Of a DNA stretch of 64,000 nt, positions 25,770 to 38,600 are shown in pieces; position 1 is the stretch's first letter; each line of letters opens with the position of its first letter. The position numbers and the translations under genes are program-made. The stretch comes from Mobula hypostoma (lineage: Eukaryota). Location of the stretch: assembly GCF_963921235.1 (NCBI RefSeq), contig NC_086097.1, forward strand, positions 50,470,001 through 50,534,000, in the 5' to 3' direction. A model generated the notes under the pieces. The model was given only the letters and a program-made list of their open reading frames with translations, did no database searches and was not told the origin of the DNA.

Positions 25770-27628
25770 TTGGATGAATATGGGAAGGTATCAGGTTACA
25801 AAATAAACTGGGATAAAAGTGAAATTTTATCTCTTACTAAAGGAGACTATAGTCAATGTGGATTAGTAACCCAATTTAGATGGCCGGTAAATGGTATAAA
25901 GTATTTAGGTATAAGACTTGATAGTGATGTAAAAAATTTATATAAATTTAATTATTTACCACTATTGAAAAAAATTCAAGAAGATCTTGACAAATGGATG
26001 ATACTACCAATAACATTAGTAGGTAGAGTCAATGTTGTAAAAATGAATATATTTCCGAGATTACAGTATTTGTTTCAAACATTACCAATACAATTGCCAC
26101 AGAAATTTTTTCAAGAGTTAAATAAATCTGTGAGAAAATTTCTTTGGAAAGGTAAAATGTCAAGAATATCATTGGAAAAATTGACATGTAAATTTAGGTT
26201 AGGAGGGTTACAACTTCCAAACTTTAAAAATTACTATAAAGCAAATCAACTTAGATTTATTGCATCTTTTTTCGATGATCAAAAACCAGCATGGATTAAA
26301 ATAGAACTAGACAAGATAGGAGAAAATAAACCTGAAGATTTTATATATAAATGGGAATCTAAATGGATATGGGAAAAGAAAGAATCTCCTATATTAACAC
26401 ACTTGATTGATCTATGGAATAAGATGAATGTTGATAAGGAAACGCAGAAATCTCTATTAGCAAGGAGACCTTTGTTTCAGAACAGACTTATTCCTTTCAC
26501 AATGGACAATCAACTTTTATATAATTGGTACCAAAAGGGGATTAAATTTATAGGAGATTGTTTTGAGCGAGGTATATTGATGTCATTTGAACAATTAAAG
26601 GATAAATATAAAATATCTAATAATACTTTCTTTTGTTATTTTCAGTTAAGGGCTTACTTGATAGGTAAGCTGGGTCAAACAATGTTTTTGCCAAAAGCTA
26701 ATGAAATTGAAATTTTAATTCAAAAAGGAAAAATTAAAAAATTTGTTTCTTGTATGTATAATTTGATTCAAGAACAGACAATTAAACAAGGAACCCATAA
26801 GTCAAAGCAAAAATGGGAAACAGATCTGAATATTAATATTGATGAAATAAATTGGTCAAGACTTTGTCTGGATAGTATGACAAATACAATAAATGTTCGA
26901 CTTAGATTAGTACAATATAATTTTTTACACCAATTATATATTACACCACAAAAAATAAATAGATTAAACTCAAATCTATCTGATAAATGTTTTCGGTGTA
27001 ATCAAGAAATTGGTACTTTTTTACATTCTACTTGGTCTTGTTTTAAAATTCAACCTTTTTGGATAAATTTAAGAATCTTATTGGAACAAATTACTGGAAT
27101 TCAACTTCCACATAACCCTGTATTATTTCTATTAGGTGATATTGAAGGGATAAAACCGAAACTTAAATTGAATAAATATCAGAAAGAATTTATAAAAATT
27201 GCACTGGCAGTAGCTAAGAAGACTATAGCAGTTACTTGGAAATCTGATTCGTATTTAAGCATGGATCGTTGGAATAATGAAATGGCTAGTTCTATTCCAC
27301 TTGAAAAAATTACTTATAATTTAAGAGATAATTATGTAACATTCTTGAATATTTGGCGCCCTTATTTACAAAAGATAGGATGTCATATTTAAGTGCTCCG
27401 ACAAAGAATTTGGTTACTTGGGGAAAGTAACGAATAATTATACCAAATTTATTTTGAATCCCATGGAGCATGTGGAAACCTTCCAATACCCAGGCGGCTC
27501 CTTTTTTTTTTCTTTCTTTCTTTTAGGTAGGACTACATATGGGGGGGGGGGAGGGCTAAGGGGAGGGGGGGTAGATTTTATCTTTTCATGTATTTTTGAA
27601 AATTTAATTAAAATTATATATAAAAAAA
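25770..27628 (+). mobile_element. Young 5'-truncated L1-clade LINE; intact 540-codon C-terminal part of ORF2 (25770-27392)
   Basis: SGYKINWDKS, IKYLGI, GRVNVVKMNIFPRLQYLF, GGLQLPNF and CCHC knuckle CFRCNQEIGTFLHSTWSC. Poly-A tail. 12-bp TSD aagaattacgaa (25758-25769 and 27629-27640). Confidence 0.96.
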
Positions 27629-27884
27629 AAGAATTACGAACTTGAGTATAAATATAAAAAGGTAGCCAAAACTAATGGTGCCACTAAAAATCTTGGTGAT
27701 CCACAATCCATATCTTTAGCCTGTTTGCAATCTTCAAGCCTTATGGCTTCAACCTGGTCACCTCCAAGAGATTTGGTAGCTAAACAATAAACTTCAAGCA
27801 TAATTCCTGTGCAGTGGCCTAAACCTTTTGCACACAAAGCCATAAAATAAAGATGCATTTGATTATTTGTGGATTATTTGAGAC

Positions 27885-30311
27885 CGAAAATACATGTCAA
27901 AAGGGAAATGTTACAATAGTCATGGCACCTTCAATATGTAGGTAGGTGCTGGATCCCAAGAGGGGAGATTTCTAGAATGCCTATGTGATGGCTTTTTAGA
28001 GTAGCTTGTGGTTGTGCTCACTAGAGGACCAACTATTCTGGATTGGGTGTTGTGCAATGAACCAGAATTGAGTAGAGAGCTTAAGGTAAAAGAACCCTTA
28101 AGAGAAAATTATTATAATATGATTAAATTCTCCCAGAAATTTGAGAGGAGAAGATGTTACAGTGGAGTAAAGGGAATTACAGAGATATGAAGGAGAAGTT
28201 GGCCAGAATTGATTGGAAAAGACAACTGGCAGGGATGACAGCAGAGCAGCAATGGCTGGAATTTCTAGAAGCAATTTGGAAAGCACAGGACACATACATC
28301 GGAAAGAGGAAGAAGTATTCTAAAGGAAAGATGACAGAACCATGGCTAACTAGAGCAGTCAAAGCCAACATAAAAGCCAAAGAGAGTAAAAATTAGTGGG
28401 AAGTTAGAGGATTGGGAAACTTTCAAAAACCAACAGAAGGCAACCAAAGAAGTTATTAAGACGGTAATAATGGAATACAAAAGTAAACTAGCCGATAATA
28501 TGAAAGAGGATACCAAAAGTTTCTTCAGATACATGAAGTGTAAGAGAGGCAAGAGTGGATATCAGACCGCTGGAAAGCAATGCTAGAGAGGTGGTAATGG
28601 GGGATGAACTGAATAAATATTTTGCATCAGTCTTCACTGTGGAAGACACTTGCAGTATGGTGGAAGTTCCAGGTGTCAGGGGGTATGAAGTGTGTGAAGT
28701 TACCATAACTAGAGCGAAGGTTCTTGGGAAGCTGAAAGGTCTGAAGGTAGGTAAGTCACCTGGACTAGATGGTGTACACCTCAGAGTTCTGAAAGAGGTG
28801 GCTAAAGAGATCGTGGAGGCATTAGTAATGATCTTTCAAGAATCACTAGGATCTAGAATGGTTTCGGAAGACTGGAAAATTGCAAATATCATTCCACTCT
28901 TCAAGGGAAGGAGGCAGAAGAAAAGAAACTATAGGCCAGTTAGCCTGACCTCAGTGGTTGGGAAAATGTTGGAGTCGATTATGAAGGATGAGGTCTCAGG
29001 GCACTTGGAGGCACATGATAAAATAGGCCGTAGTCAGCATAGTTTCCTCAAGGGAAAATCTTGCCTGGCAAATCTGTTGAAATTCTTTGAAGCATTAACA
29101 AGCAGGATAGACAAAGGAGAATTGGTGTATGTCGTGTGCTTGGATTTTCAGACGGCCTTTGACAAGGTGCCATATGTGAGGCTGCTTAACAAGCTACGAG
29201 CCCATGGTATTACAGGGAAGATTCTAGCATTGATAAAGCAGTGGCTGATCGGCAGGAGGCAAAGAGTGGGAATAAAGGGAGCCTTTTCTGGCTGACTGAC
29301 GGCGACTGGTGTTGTTCCATAGAGATCTGTGTTGGAACCAATTCTTTTTACGCTACATGTCAATGATTTGGATGATGGAAGTGACGGCTTTGTTGTAAAG
29401 TTTGCAGATGATATGAAGATAGGTGGAAGGGCAGGTAGTTTTGAGGAAGTAGAGAGGCTACAGAAGGACTTAGATTAGGAGAATGGCCAAAGATATGGTA
29501 GATGGAATACAGCGTCAGGAAGCGTATGGTCATGTACTTTGGTAGAAGAAATGAAAGGGTTGACTATAAGAGAGAAAGTACAAAAAAAAACTGAGGTGTG
29601 AAGGGACTTTTGTGCAGGATTCACTAAAGGTTAACTTGAGTCTGTGGTGAAGAAGGTAAATGCAATGTTGGCATTTACTTCAAGAGGACTAGAATATAAA
29701 GTCAAGGATGTAATTTTAAGATTTTATAAAACACTGGTGAGCCCTCACTTGGAGTATTGTGAGCAGTATTGGGCCCCTTATCTTAGACAGGATGTACTGA
29801 AACTGCAGAGGGTTCAAAGGAGATTCACGAAAATGATTCCAGGATTGAACGACTTGTCATATGAAGAGTGTTTGATGGCTCTGGGCCTGTATTCACTAGA
29901 ATTCAGAAGAATGAGGGGTGACCTCATTGAAACTAATTGAATAGAGAAAGGCCTTGATAGGGTGGATGTGGAGAGGATGTTTCCTATGGTTGGAGATCCT
30001 AAGACCAGAGGACACAGCCTCAAAATAGAGGGGCATCCTTTTAGAACAGAGATGTGGGGGAATTTCCTTAGCCAGAGTATGGTGAATCTGTGGAATTCTT
30101 TGTCACAGACAGCTGTGGAGGCCAAATCTTTATGTACGTTTGTATATTTAAGGCAGATGTTGATAGATTGTTGACCGGTCAGGGCTAGAAGAGATACGGG
30201 GAGAAGACAGGATATTGGGGCTGAGAAGAAAATTGGATCAGCCATGATGAAATGGAGGAGCAGACTGGGTGGGTCAAATGTCCTAACTCTGCTCCTTTAT
30301 CTTATGGTCTT
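27885..30311 (+). mobile_element. Long degraded CR1 (endonuclease remnant, RT, tail)
   Basis: ORF pieces ILDWVLCNE, KSPGLDGVH, NYRPVSLTSVVGK, LDFQTAFDKVP and PHLEYCEQYW. Confidence 0.95.
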
Positions 30312-30780
30312 ACAGTCTTATCTGTTGAAACACAGAGAACTGGCAAATGTATGTGACCCATCTCAAAGTGAAATGCAGACTCTGATTAATTTTTAAAGAT
30401 TTACTTCCTATTCTACTTGATACTAAGTAGACTGACAGGAAAAAAAAATAGCATAATGTCCATGCAGTGGCACCACAACCAGCGAATCTGCGCATAAAAT
30501 CGAATTAAAGTGTTGAATATCATCAATTAGAGTGAAAGGGAAGCAGATGCCAATGTACTGAAATCCAAACCGGTTTTGTCATGTTACAGAGCTATGGTCA
30601 TGCTTGTTAGCAAAGGTAGTTGACAGGTTATAAATTAATCCAAATAATAAACTATTCAATCACATTATCCCTTGATATTTTGACAAATTATATTAACTGT
30701 TCATGTATTTTTATCATTCTGTATCAATAAATGTTACTATATGACCTGCTTATTTAGTCATATCTTTCTAACATTATAAA

Positions 30781-30897
30781 CTAACTCTTCCTTCAGTTAG
30801 TCCTGATGAAGGGTCTCGGCCTGAAACGTCGACTGCACCTCTTCCTAGAGATGCTGCCTGGCCTGCTGCATTCACCAGCAACTTTGATGTGTGTTGG
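30781..30897 (+). mobile_element. Solo Penelope terminal-repeat fragment
   Basis: Closely matches 17561-17676. Confidence 0.9.
30798..30835 (+). ncRNA. Minimal type I hammerhead ribozyme motif
   Basis: TAGTC-CTGATGA-AGG(GTCTCGG)CCT-GAAAC-GTC-GACTG. Predicted cleavage after C30830. Confidence 0.8.
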
Positions 30898-32274
30898 CAG
30901 AATGGAAGTAGCTGTTGTTAAGTTTGTGTCTTCAGGCTCAAGTACATTACATCCTTGCTTGTATATTCTAGTCCTCTTGAAATGAATGCTAACATTTGCC
31001 TTCCTCGCCACAGACTCAGTGTTGAACAACTTTCTCTCAGTATTAATGGTGTTACTTCTCCAGACAGAATGTCCCACTAACAGCATTCTAAGAATCAGCA
31101 TTTACTGGAAACTCTGAATGACCAGCCACAAAATACTATGATTGCAAGCAGAGATTGAAGACTGTTTTTCCTATAGTGAACAAGTTCATTTGCCGATTCC
31201 CCAAATCCCCTACAACATGGAAATTAGGAGTTCCCTGCAGGATTTCAGGTCTAAAAACTCAAATGTTCAGTACGGTATGCCGTCACCACCTCAGCTGTTC
31301 ACATCTTCTACAAAATATGCTGTAATTACCTCCCTAGGCTTCTGCAACAACTTCTCCAAAGAGCAACAACCTCTGCCAAGAAGTGGTGCTGCAAAGCCTT
31401 AGGTATGTGACGATCTGTTGGTTCGCCCCGTTACATATGTACACTATCCTGACAATTAAATATATTTCATTTTCTTTATCATCACTGGAGCTATGTTGTG
31501 GGATTCCCTACCTAATAATGTGGGAGTACCTTAATCAGGCCAACAGAGATTTAAGGTGAATCACCATCTCAAAGTCAATTAAGGATGAATAATAAAAGTC
31601 AAAGTCCACGTCCCTTAACTGGCTGCTGCCTGTCAATATATGTATTTATTTTCCTTTTATTGCACAAACTAGATCAGAGATTAATTGGTCTAAGATTCCT
31701 CCGGCCCTTAAATATTTAAAACCAATCTTTCAATGAGACAACTCAGGCAAGGTAGTAAATACTAGATCACAAAATTAAGGCTCATGTGACATAGTTCACA
31801 CCAATCTTAAGTATGTCTACCAGTTTTAAAAACTTTTTCAGGAATGACATTCTGTTTTTTAAAATCTATTTAATTAAGCATTAAGGCATTTCTGTATGAC
31901 TGTGTCAATATAGATCTTGTATGACTGAATTTTGTTAAATGTTCTCAATTGCCACTTCATTGGAATTTGCTGCTGGGGCTGTTGAACACATTGAAATCTC
32001 TAAATGATGCACCTAACCTGATATAGTTAGTTCCAGGACTGCCTCACATAATACCATTTCTGTCAGCTTTACCAAGCAGCTGCCTGCCTCTTAAAATATA
32101 CTGCATCTGTGCAAAGTCGCAAAATTGCAAAAAAAGAGGCTTCCTTTTAGCAGGAGTTTTAATGAATTAATTTAGTTCCATCTCCTTTTTACTTTCAGTG
32201 TAGACTACCTCATCAGAGTACAAAATTTACTCCCTTCCTCTGGAAACATGAACGTAAGTGCAAGAACAAGAAAT

Positions 32275-32755
32275 AACATAGAACGTAGAAAAGTACAGCA
32301 CAGTACAGGCCCTTCGGCCCACAATGTTGTGCCGACCCTCAAACCCTGCCTCCCATATAAGCCCCCACCTTAAATTCCTCCATATACCTGTCTAGTAGTC
32401 TCTTAAACTTCACTAGTGTATCTGCCTCCACCACTGACTCAGGCAGTGCATTCCACGCACCAACCACTCTCTGAGTAAAAAACTTTCTTCTAATATCCCC
32501 CTTGAACTTCCCACCCCTTAGCTTAAAGCCATGTCCTCTTGTATTGAGCAGTGGTGCCCTGGGGAAGAGGTGCTGGCTATCCACTCTATCTATTCCTCTT
32601 ATTATCTTGTACACCTCTATCATGTCTCCTCTCATCCTCCTTCTCTCCAAAGAGTAAAGCCCTAGCTCCCTTAGTCTCTGATCATAATGCATACTTTCTA
32701 AACCAGGCAGCATCCTGGTAAATCTCCTCTGTACCCGTTCCAATGCTTCCACATA
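32275..32755 (-). mobile_element. Young CR1 3' end
   Basis: Open frame ALERVQRRFTRMLPGL...FFTQRVVGAWNALP and the tail ttctacgttctatgtt. Confidence 0.95.
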
Positions 32756-35529
32756 ACGGTCTGGAATTGTCTGTTCCAAAATTCTCTCTGCCACTAAGAA
32801 AAGTGCAAATCAATGCAGAATTTAGAATTAAAGAAAAATATCTTTTACTTATTGTTCAGACTATTCAGTCCGCTCATGTTCCTGCCTGGAGTATAGTGTA
32901 TGCATAAAGTTCAACTATGTTTTCTATAGTGCATTGCTTTGGAGGTTTACACACAATGCCAGCATTTCACACCCTCATAGCAATTCGAAAACATGTTTAT
33001 AATGACATCAAGCTCTTCGTCATCACCACTCCTTTCAAGTCTCCATTGATTTGAAGTCTCTCTGTCCTGCACTGTATGAGCAGAAATTTCTTTCTGTTAA
33101 CTGCTGGGAAAAATTATTTGGAGACTTCAGTATGCACACAGACTCTGTCCCTGGTGGCCTGTAGGCGTCTTAGTCTGGTTCTGACTATGTAAGGAAGATG
33201 TTAGGGCAAGACTGCTTACCATAATGTGCATAAACCAAAGCTCTAGCAGTAGCTATGTTTAACAAACAGTTCAAATGCAGTTCACTTAAGATGTTGGTGG
33301 CTAAAAGTGAATGAATTGTTTTTATTTTCCAGTTTAGGATAGCTTTGTCCTAATCCCTTGTATTATATTAGATTGCACTTTGATGCTAAATAGACAAACC
33401 ATAATTTCAATTCTCTTTGTTTATAATTCATCGTCAGTTAGGAATTAAGCGTGCACTATCACTATTTTATTGCTGTTAGTTTGATTACCAGAATAAGAGG
33501 CCACAGAGATAGACTCCACTGTTTTAGCCCAGGAAGCAATCAAGAGTAATAAATGCATCATTTTTGGGGTTCGAGGACTGGCCACAAAACCAGTGATAAG
33601 GGAGCTGATGAGGCCCAAACTCTGCCAAACCGCTCGTGTTTCCCATTTTCACCCCAAAGGTTACACCCATATTGTTAGTGCCTACCAGAATTTTGCATGT
33701 TTTTCGAGGACTGATGCAAACAGAAGCAAATTTAAGTTCCATTGTATAGCACTAGCCTACATTTCCCCACAATCAAAGCTATGCAGCTGTAAACACTTCA
33801 CCGTTTACAAATTTGGGAGCCAAAAGTCTCCAGGAATTTATTCTAATTGGCTGGGAAATACTGCGTTGTGCAGTGTCTTTGTAATTTCAATCATGCTTCA
33901 ACTTATGAAATTTTGAAACTTCATGATATTTCATATATCATTTTCATTTATGTATATATAAAACTTTAAAATCAACCATATTTATTAAGATCTGCTCCCT
34001 GTTAACCAAATACAGTTTGTCTGCTGTGGAAACCCATACACATATCTCATGTTCATTAGCAACAAAGATGATGAAAAAGAAAGCTATTTTTTGGAAATTT
34101 CACTAATCCTTGCATTTTATCTACACAATTCCCAAAATCTAAAGTAAGATTACAAAATGCTGGAAAACCTCAGCAGGTCAGGTGACACCTGCAGAAAGAG
34201 AAGCAGAGCTAACATTCCAAGTAAATGACCAGTAGAATTTCTGGCAAAGGGTTATTAATCTGAACCATTCACTCTGTAATAGTCTCCACAAACCCTGCCT
34301 GATCTGCTGAGCATTTCCCTCTTTTTTTTTGTTGTTTTCATCTTTTTTGGTTTCAAACATCATTTTTTTTTGTGTGAGGTATGTTCAGTTTAGCAATTTC
34401 ATCTTGGTATCTAGTTATAAAACAATTACTGTTAGAAGATGCATACTAGAATTTTATGTGTGTGAATTCCTAAGTCTCAACTCAGAGGGAGAATTTTGTC
34501 AGTTCTTAGATCATTTTGATGTAATACAGCTGAAGGCCATTATTTGCAAACTGAACTAATGTGCTTGTAAATACAAAGCAGAAATCTAAGCACCTTAGGG
34601 AGGAAAAAAAACTTACTGGAAGTTTTTTTACACTGTCTTCACATATGGGTATTTATAAAGCAGTAACATGAGCAGCATCAGCATTCCCCTGCTGAAAGGG
34701 AGGGAACTACGAGGAATAAATCTCACTCACCTTATCTCCTTGCTACTAAGTACTGAGTCATTTCGGCAGTTTGTGATCAGACTGTGTCCTATCCATGCAG
34801 GCAGCCATATGGAAGTAAAATTAGGACAAAGGTAAACTTAGCTTTTAGGAAGAAAATGTAATGAATTTATGATCATTTCTGGCCAGGAATCTAGCAGACT
34901 TAAAGTAGGAGAGATCAAATACTTTATCTGAAGCATGATGAATCACTTCCACTCATACATTTTTAAATATTAACACTTTATATTTAACATGTCTTTAATT
35001 AAGTTGGCTTAAATACCATATTTCAACCAAGTGGACAATTGAATGGGGAGCCACCCAAAACTTTGCTGATTCTGGTTCCAATCCAGTTGTGGCCTAATTT
35101 GGCCTCGTAATTTCCTCCACTCTTAAAACAAGCTCAATGATTTTTTTTTAATTTTCAGCTTAGCCAACAATGAGTGCATCTCTAGCCTACAATTATTTCA
35201 AACCTAATATTTAAAGAAGATTCTATCTGGGAAGTGAGACCCATTTATGATGCAACTAAACTATCCTGCTTCTCAACCTTTAGTTATGAGTATTGTGGGT
35301 ATACCTCAAGGACCACAGCAGTCCAAGAAGGCAGTTCACCATCTTTCTAAGGACACCTAGGACTAGGCAATTAAATGCCAGCCTTACAAGGGTATCAGGG
35401 AGAGCATGATCCTTGTGGAAAGCGAATAGTGGGGGGGGGGGGGAGAGTTGGGTAAGATTTGAGCAAGAGTAGCACCTTAATGGGATACTACCACCAAATG
35501 CATCTTTCCAGCATATGAGAGAATATGAA

Positions 35530-35565
35530 AGTCCTGACGAAGGGTCTCGGCCCGAAACGTTGACT
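35530..35565 (+). ncRNA. Minimal type I hammerhead ribozyme motif
   Basis: AGTC-CTGACGA-A-GGGT(CTCG)GCCC-GAAAC-GTT-GACT, with a GUU triplet. Confidence 0.8.
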
Positions 35566-35628
35566 GTACATCTTCCTATTGATGCTGCCTGGCCTGCTGC
35601 ATTCCACCAGCATTTTGTGTGTGTTGCT
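35530..35628 (+). mobile_element. Solo Penelope terminal-repeat fragment starting at the hammerhead
   Basis: Matches 17579-17677. Possible TSD agaatatgaa / agaatataaa. Confidence 0.9.
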
Positions 35629-38600
35629 GGAAAGAATATAAAGAATGGCTAGACAAGGAAGAAAGTTGCCAAAATTGTGGATAGTGGTGCAAGGGCAGAT
35701 GCTGGATGAATTTCTACAGATGTTCACCCATTCGCCATCTGCCCCTGAAAAGGAAGAGCTAACAGCTCCCAACAAAAAAAAGAAGGAACTCAGTTTAAAC
35801 TGGTTTTCCAGATAAAATACGTTGCATGACATGTTTCTTCTCAATTGGGGGATGTAAGGGGCAGGAGAGGAATTGGATTCTTTTTTTTAACCAGTTAATC
35901 ATGGAATAATGTCAATTTTGACAATTTTCATGCTTGTCAGTATGACAGATGATAAAGCTTCTGAATGGAATATTTTGCACACTTTACATCCTTTGTTGCA
36001 AGCATTGCCAGATTTGATCAGTCCCAGTTTTGATGTAGATCATGATATAATTTAGCATAACTTAATAACATACATTATGTTCCAAATGAGAACAATATAC
36101 TGTTCAGCAGTGTAATTTTTTCCCTCTATTTATTATGCAAGATACTTCCTAGCCATTAATATGAAATTTGATTACTATTTTCCATTAACTTGTAAAATAA
36201 AAATGAATTGAGAATTATTCAAGTTACTTCCATTTAGTCTCTCGACTAAGTCTTTTAGCACATCTGGGATGGATTTCATTACAAATCTCAAGGGATGTTT
36301 GACCTCTGCAAAGATTCCATCATTCTTCTATCAAGCCTTTGGCAGAAGGCTATGGAAATGTTGGAAAGCTAAGTCATTGCATCAGGGGGATAATCTCCAC
36401 AGAAATCCCTGCTGCCTGCCACCTCCTTTGCAATCTCACCCATTACTCCTTATCCAGTCCCAATGCAACATTAATTTTAGTTCTGCCTTCTCTGTTTTTG
36501 TGCTGGAAGAACATTCTGAAAAGGAAGGAACTTAATTATTTTTGACATGTCTTTAATTAGATTGCCTAAGTGCTGCAGTTCAATGAATTGGAGTATTGAA
36601 AGGGGAACTTTGCTGCCAGCAATTGCCTATGATATTCTCTTCTTCCTTATGGCCTTATAAAAATCAGGCAGGGAGATGACATCCTACCCTTGTCCATTTT
36701 GTGTTGCTGGCCCAGATCAATTTCACTCTATTTCTTTGCATGCGTTTTGAAGTTTAAGTTTTTAAAATAAATATTTTTTTGAGAAATTAAAAAAATGTAC
36801 AAAATTAATTTCTATTGTTTTAAGGACATATGGAATGCATGAGGGAAACTAGTTTAGTCAAAGTAAGTGATGCATGGATTTTCTTGAACTATAGCCAGAC
36901 AAGCTGGGCTGGTAGGGAGGAGTCCGTTTAGTATTTCTCAAGACATGTTTTAAAAATCTTAGCTGAAATTAAGTTTTCATAAATGTCTTGTGCTTTTTTA
37001 ACATGGCTTTAGAAAGTTTAATGTTAATCTCTGACAATATTCCCCAACTTAAAACACACACATAAATTGGTCTGCAGATGATAAGAATAACATAAGGTCC
37101 ATATGTAATGTGTTGTCTCTGGCCCTCCCCCTTGCTGCTTTATGCATTTGAATTGTATTTGGACATGTGCCTATGTCAGAGCTATAGCACAGCACACAAA
37201 TGTAAGATAGCTGAGCACATTCAGCTGTGTGGAGATTGAGCTTCTGGAGAAATATTTTAAGTGAATGAAGTTTGAGGAATTTTGGGTATGAAGTGGTGAT
37301 GTACAAGAACAGACACTCCAACTCTGCACATTTTATGAAGAAAAAGATATATAAATACAGTATAACCAAAGATTTAGGAACAAAAATAAGGACTAATGTT
37401 ATTAATTAATTTCAGGGCAAAGACATTTTTGAACAAAGGCTCTGAAAGTTAAAAATTGCCATTCATTTAATCCTGATGCTTAACAAATTTTTGGAAGTTA
37501 GAAACCATTAGTTTTATCTGAACTTATTTCCACTCTGCTTTGTGCAATTGAGACCTTTTGCATCTTTGTTAATATTAAAAAAAACATAGTACAGTCCTAT
37601 AAATAATTTAAAGAACTGTGACTTTGGTCATCACCAATAGAAAAGTTTCTGTTGACTTTGATGGAACTGAATATTACAAACTAGGTACAGCTGATGGCCA
37701 TGACACTGCAAACATTTACTGTACATAGCCAAAGAAATATTCCTTGCAAGGTATTTCATCAGTAAAAATTTGACAGAAAAATATAGATCAGATGGCACTT
37801 CATAATATAAATAATCTTATGCAGTATTATATATGTATATAAAAACACTCATTACATACTTTAGATTTCCTACCCAACAATTAATTTTCATCAGTAGCAA
37901 TCTAAAATTAGTTGCACAACACCGATTTCCTCTAATAGTCTTTTTACCCCAATCTCCCCTTTGCATATCCCCTAGAAAGTGTGTGTTGGAATGTAAAAAG
38001 TAGAAGAATCTAGAGAATCATATAGATTAACAAAGTAATTATTATTTTAAAGGGGGGGGAGGGGAGACATTCCCCCTCCCCCCCCTCCCCCCCACTATTA
38101 TTTTAAAAAGGCAGAGTTCCGGATCTCATTTTAGAAAGAACTAAATGATTGAGGTGATACGTTAAACTTGCCTTGAAATTGCTGCAGACTCAGTGAAGGT
38201 ACCCCCTCTGCTGATGTTTGCTCAGGTCCAGCTATAATGAAGGAACAGCAACTATTCACAAGTCAGGGGACCTGCACTGGGGAAGTCCCATGCATCTGGC
38301 CTCATTCTACTTGGTATCAGACTTTGTGGGTTTGGGATGAACGGCAGTGCATTTTTATACTGCAGCTATTGTGCATGGGTGGTACAGGAAGAGACTGTTT
38401 GAGATTGGATGGACTGCTGATCAAGCAGGCTGCTTTGTCCTCGTGGTGTTAGGCTTCCAGTGCTATTGAAGCTACACTCATACAGGGAAAAGGAGAGTAC
38501 CACACTTTGCTTTGTGCCTTGGAGAAGGGAGAAAGATGTCAGGAGATGAATCACCATTTCATAACTAGCTTGTGTGAAATATATAAAAGTTAGAACCTAA

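Noticed and set aside
25770..27392. 540-aa ORF as a host gene
   Set aside because: It is the truncated C-terminal part of L1 ORF2, with a poly-A tail and TSD.
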